Below, piece by piece: positions 61,655-64,000 of a stretch of 64,000 bases of DNA (position 1 is the stretch's first letter; each line of letters starts with the position of its first letter). Made by a program: the position numbers and the translations under genes. This DNA is from Utricularia gibba (lineage: Eukaryota > Plantae > Magnoliophyta): NCBI GenBank assembly GCA_002189035.1, contig NEEC01000009.1, positions 1,922,001 through 1,986,000 of the forward strand, written 5' to 3'. The notes below the pieces were generated by a model. The model had not been told where the DNA came from and searched no databases. It saw only the letters and a program-made list of their open reading frames with translations.

Positions 61655-62646
61655 TTCACGGGACGGGGTAAGTCTAGTCTAGTCTAGGCCTAGGGTGCCT
61701 ATGTCGCACTAGACATCACTCGCATTCAAACCAGTCTGCTACACTCGCACAATTTTCACACGCAGCTCCCCTCCTAAAACCTCCCGCAACTTGAAAATGT
61801 CAACGAAATTCTGTCCTCGAAATATGCACAAAAGGGGTGGGAATTTATTACACCCACCAGTGGGGTGGTAATAAATAAAAAAGCACTGGAAACCTGCTTC
61901 ATAAAATATGCATTGCATCCATCTTCTTACAGAGAAGGTCCGGTCCGGTCCGGTCCGTAGCTGGTGTCTTTGGCCAGTACGCGCACATGTGATGGCGCCC
62001 CTTCTCCAATATATATATATCTATTCTTTTTTACTCAGGGGATGGGCGGCCATGTGCTCTCCTCTGCTACCTACACCACACTCATCCAACTTGTTACCGT
62101 GGTAAAAGTAAAACCAACTTTGCTCTCCCCCATTCCATCCTTTTTTCCGGCTACTGGGTGCCCCATTAATCTCATCTCAGACTTTGTACGTATTATGGGT
62201 ATGAATGGATTCAAGATTCACATTTGGCGTGTGAATGAATGATGGGAAGGAGGCTGGTTGGGGAGGGGGTGGGTGGGGTGGGGGAGGAGATCGGCCCACG
62301 CCTTGAAACAAACAAAGCATATGTTGACACCTCAACGTGTCAATTTGACTGAGTTGTAAGTGCACTTAATAAGAGATGAGCTGTCTGTACAGAGTAGGGA
62401 CTTTAACTCCAAGGAGAGAGAGGACGACGCCTTTTCTTTATGGCTCAAATGTCTCGGTTGCCAAGAGTTTTTGCATTCTCTCTCTCTCTCCCTCTTTTTG
62501 TTTTCTTCGCTGTGCGCTTCTTAAAATAATTTTTTCTTTGTGAGGAAGACACATTTACATACATACTCTTTATGAGCTGCTGCTGCTTTGGGCCTATTAG
62601 GTATCTATCTCTATGTGTCGCGCTCTGTCATTGATTTCATCAGGTC

Positions 62647-62664
62647 TATATAACCACCCGCACG
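62647..62664 (+). promoter_or_regulatory. CYP85A TATA box followed by a BR-response element (CGCACG, reverse complement of CGTGCG)
   Basis: TATATAA at 62647-62653 and CGCACG at 62659-62664. Confidence 0.6.
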
Positions 62665-62830
62665 AGCTCATGACTTGGCAGTACAACCAGAGCAAATCCA
62701 CATACCTTTCAGAGATATATCCTGCTGAAGCTTCCTCCTTTTCTCCCTTCTTCTTCTTCTTCATCATCATCATCTCCTTCTTCTTCTTCTTACTCCTCCT
62801 GTTGTTGAGTTGAGAGCTTCTGTGGAGGAG

Positions 62831-64000
62831 ATGGGTTTTCTGCTTGTTGTTGTTGGTGTGTTTTGGGGGCTCTGTTTCATGAGTATTGCTTTGCTCAGGT
62901 GGAATGAAGTCAAGTACAGCAAGAAGGGGTTGCCTCCTGGAACCATGGGATGGCCGGTTTTCGGAGAAACCACCGAGTTCCTGAAACATGGTCCTGCATT
63001 CATGAAGACCCAGAGATCAAGGTATGCACGAAGAAACAAACACACCACAAAAATCACAACTTTTGCATGGTTTCTTATGATTCTTCCTCTCCAGGTTCGG
63101 GAGTTTCTTCAAATCCCATCTACTGGGATGCCCCACAATTGTTTCCATGGATCCAGACCTTAACAGATACATTCTTTTGAATGAATCCAAAGGGCTTGTG
63201 CCTGGGTATCCCCAATCCATGTTAGATATATTGGGGAAATGCAATATTGCAGCTGTTCATGGCTCTGCTCACAGATACATGAGAGGGGCTTTACTAGCTC
63301 TTATCAGTCCTACCATGATCAAAGATCGGCTGTTGCCAAAGATCGATGATTTCATGAGATCCCATTTGGAGAACTGGGATGGAAAGATTATAGACATTCA
63401 GCACAAGACAAAAGAGGTTCGAATAGAAAAGTCTACTAGATCTGTAATTCACCACATCTTGTTCTTCTTCCATCATCCTTATCTGTTTGTTTTGTTTCAG
63501 ATGGCTTTTCTCTCATCCTTGAGGCAAATCGCAACCGAAGAGGCCAGCTCCATAGCTGAAGCATTTATGCCCGAGTTTTTCAAGCTGGTTCTGGGAACTT
63601 TCTCGCTCCCCATCAACCTCCCAAAAACCAATTACAGGCGTGCCTTGCAGGTGAATCTCTTCTCTTTTCTTCTTTCCTGGTGCCCTTTTAAACAGGGAGA
63701 AACTTGGAGAATCACTCAGAAGTTTTATCACAGGCAAGGCAGAACATTACTTCTTTGCTGAGGAAACTACTGGAAGAAAGAAAAACGAAAGGAGTAAAAA
63801 AGAATGACATGCTCGGTTTTTTACTGGATGATGACAACAAATACAAGCTAAGCGATGAGGAAATGATTGATTTGATCATCACAATCTTATATTCTGGATA
63901 CGAGACGGTTTCAACAACATCTATGATGGCCATAAAGTATCTGCAAGACCACCCACAAGTACTTGAAGAACTGAGGGTAAGTCATTTTCTACACCATAAA
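62831..64000 (+). CDS. CYP85A: Cytochrome P450 85A brassinosteroid-6-oxidase, 5' part only (exons 62831-63021, 63095-63416, 63501-63650, 63736-63976; continues past the window)
   Basis: LLRWNEVKYSKKGLPPGTMGWPVFGETTEFLK, GLVPGYPQSMLDILGKCNIAAVHGS and the I-helix ITILYSGYETVSTTSM are diagnostic for CYP85A. Confidence 0.96.

Noticed and set aside
1-64000. tRNA, rRNA, snRNA, conserved miRNA, CRISPR or intact transposons
   Set aside because: No diagnostic sequence was recognised by eye; a tRNAscan-SE, Rfam and RepeatMasker run would be needed to exclude them formally.

Overview
This is a very gene-dense stretch of a flowering-plant (eudicot) nuclear genome. It holds 21 protein-coding genes in 64 kb, most introns are 65-120 nt, and I see no recognisable transposon, rRNA, tRNA, snRNA or conserved miRNA. 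Gene order: eIF3e(+), BOP/NPR5-6 BTB-ankyrin(-), F-box(+), HIRAN-SNF2-RING helicase(+), R3H/SUZ(-), SEC15A(+), SPX(+), EBF-type F-box/LRR(+), arginase(+), CUE-domain(+), type-B MGDG synthase(-), 2OG-Fe dioxygenase(-), mitochondrial glycine-rich RRM(-), EXO70E(-), Ser-rich plant protein(+), AFP/NINJA(-), complex I B14.5a(+), HAD/NIF-like(-), MES11-like(+), SLC25A44-like carrier(-), then a 9-kb gene-free region and CYP85A(+, cut by the window end). Six genes carry eight small apparent deletions that break the frame, nearly all in homopolymer runs. This most likely reflects consensus sequencing error rather than real pseudogenes, but BOP and EBF have two each and need checking. The most interesting unexplained signals are: a 2-kb apparently spliced but ORF-less unit between SPX and EBF; a candidate intronization event hiding an in-frame stop; three stop-free 3n introns plus a GC donor in the MES gene; and a BRRE/G-box-rich 9-kb region upstream of CYP85A carrying a repeated 16-mer, G4 tracts and a 66-bp palindrome. 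I found no clearly new biological system. All calls come from reading the sequence by eye; no searches were run.
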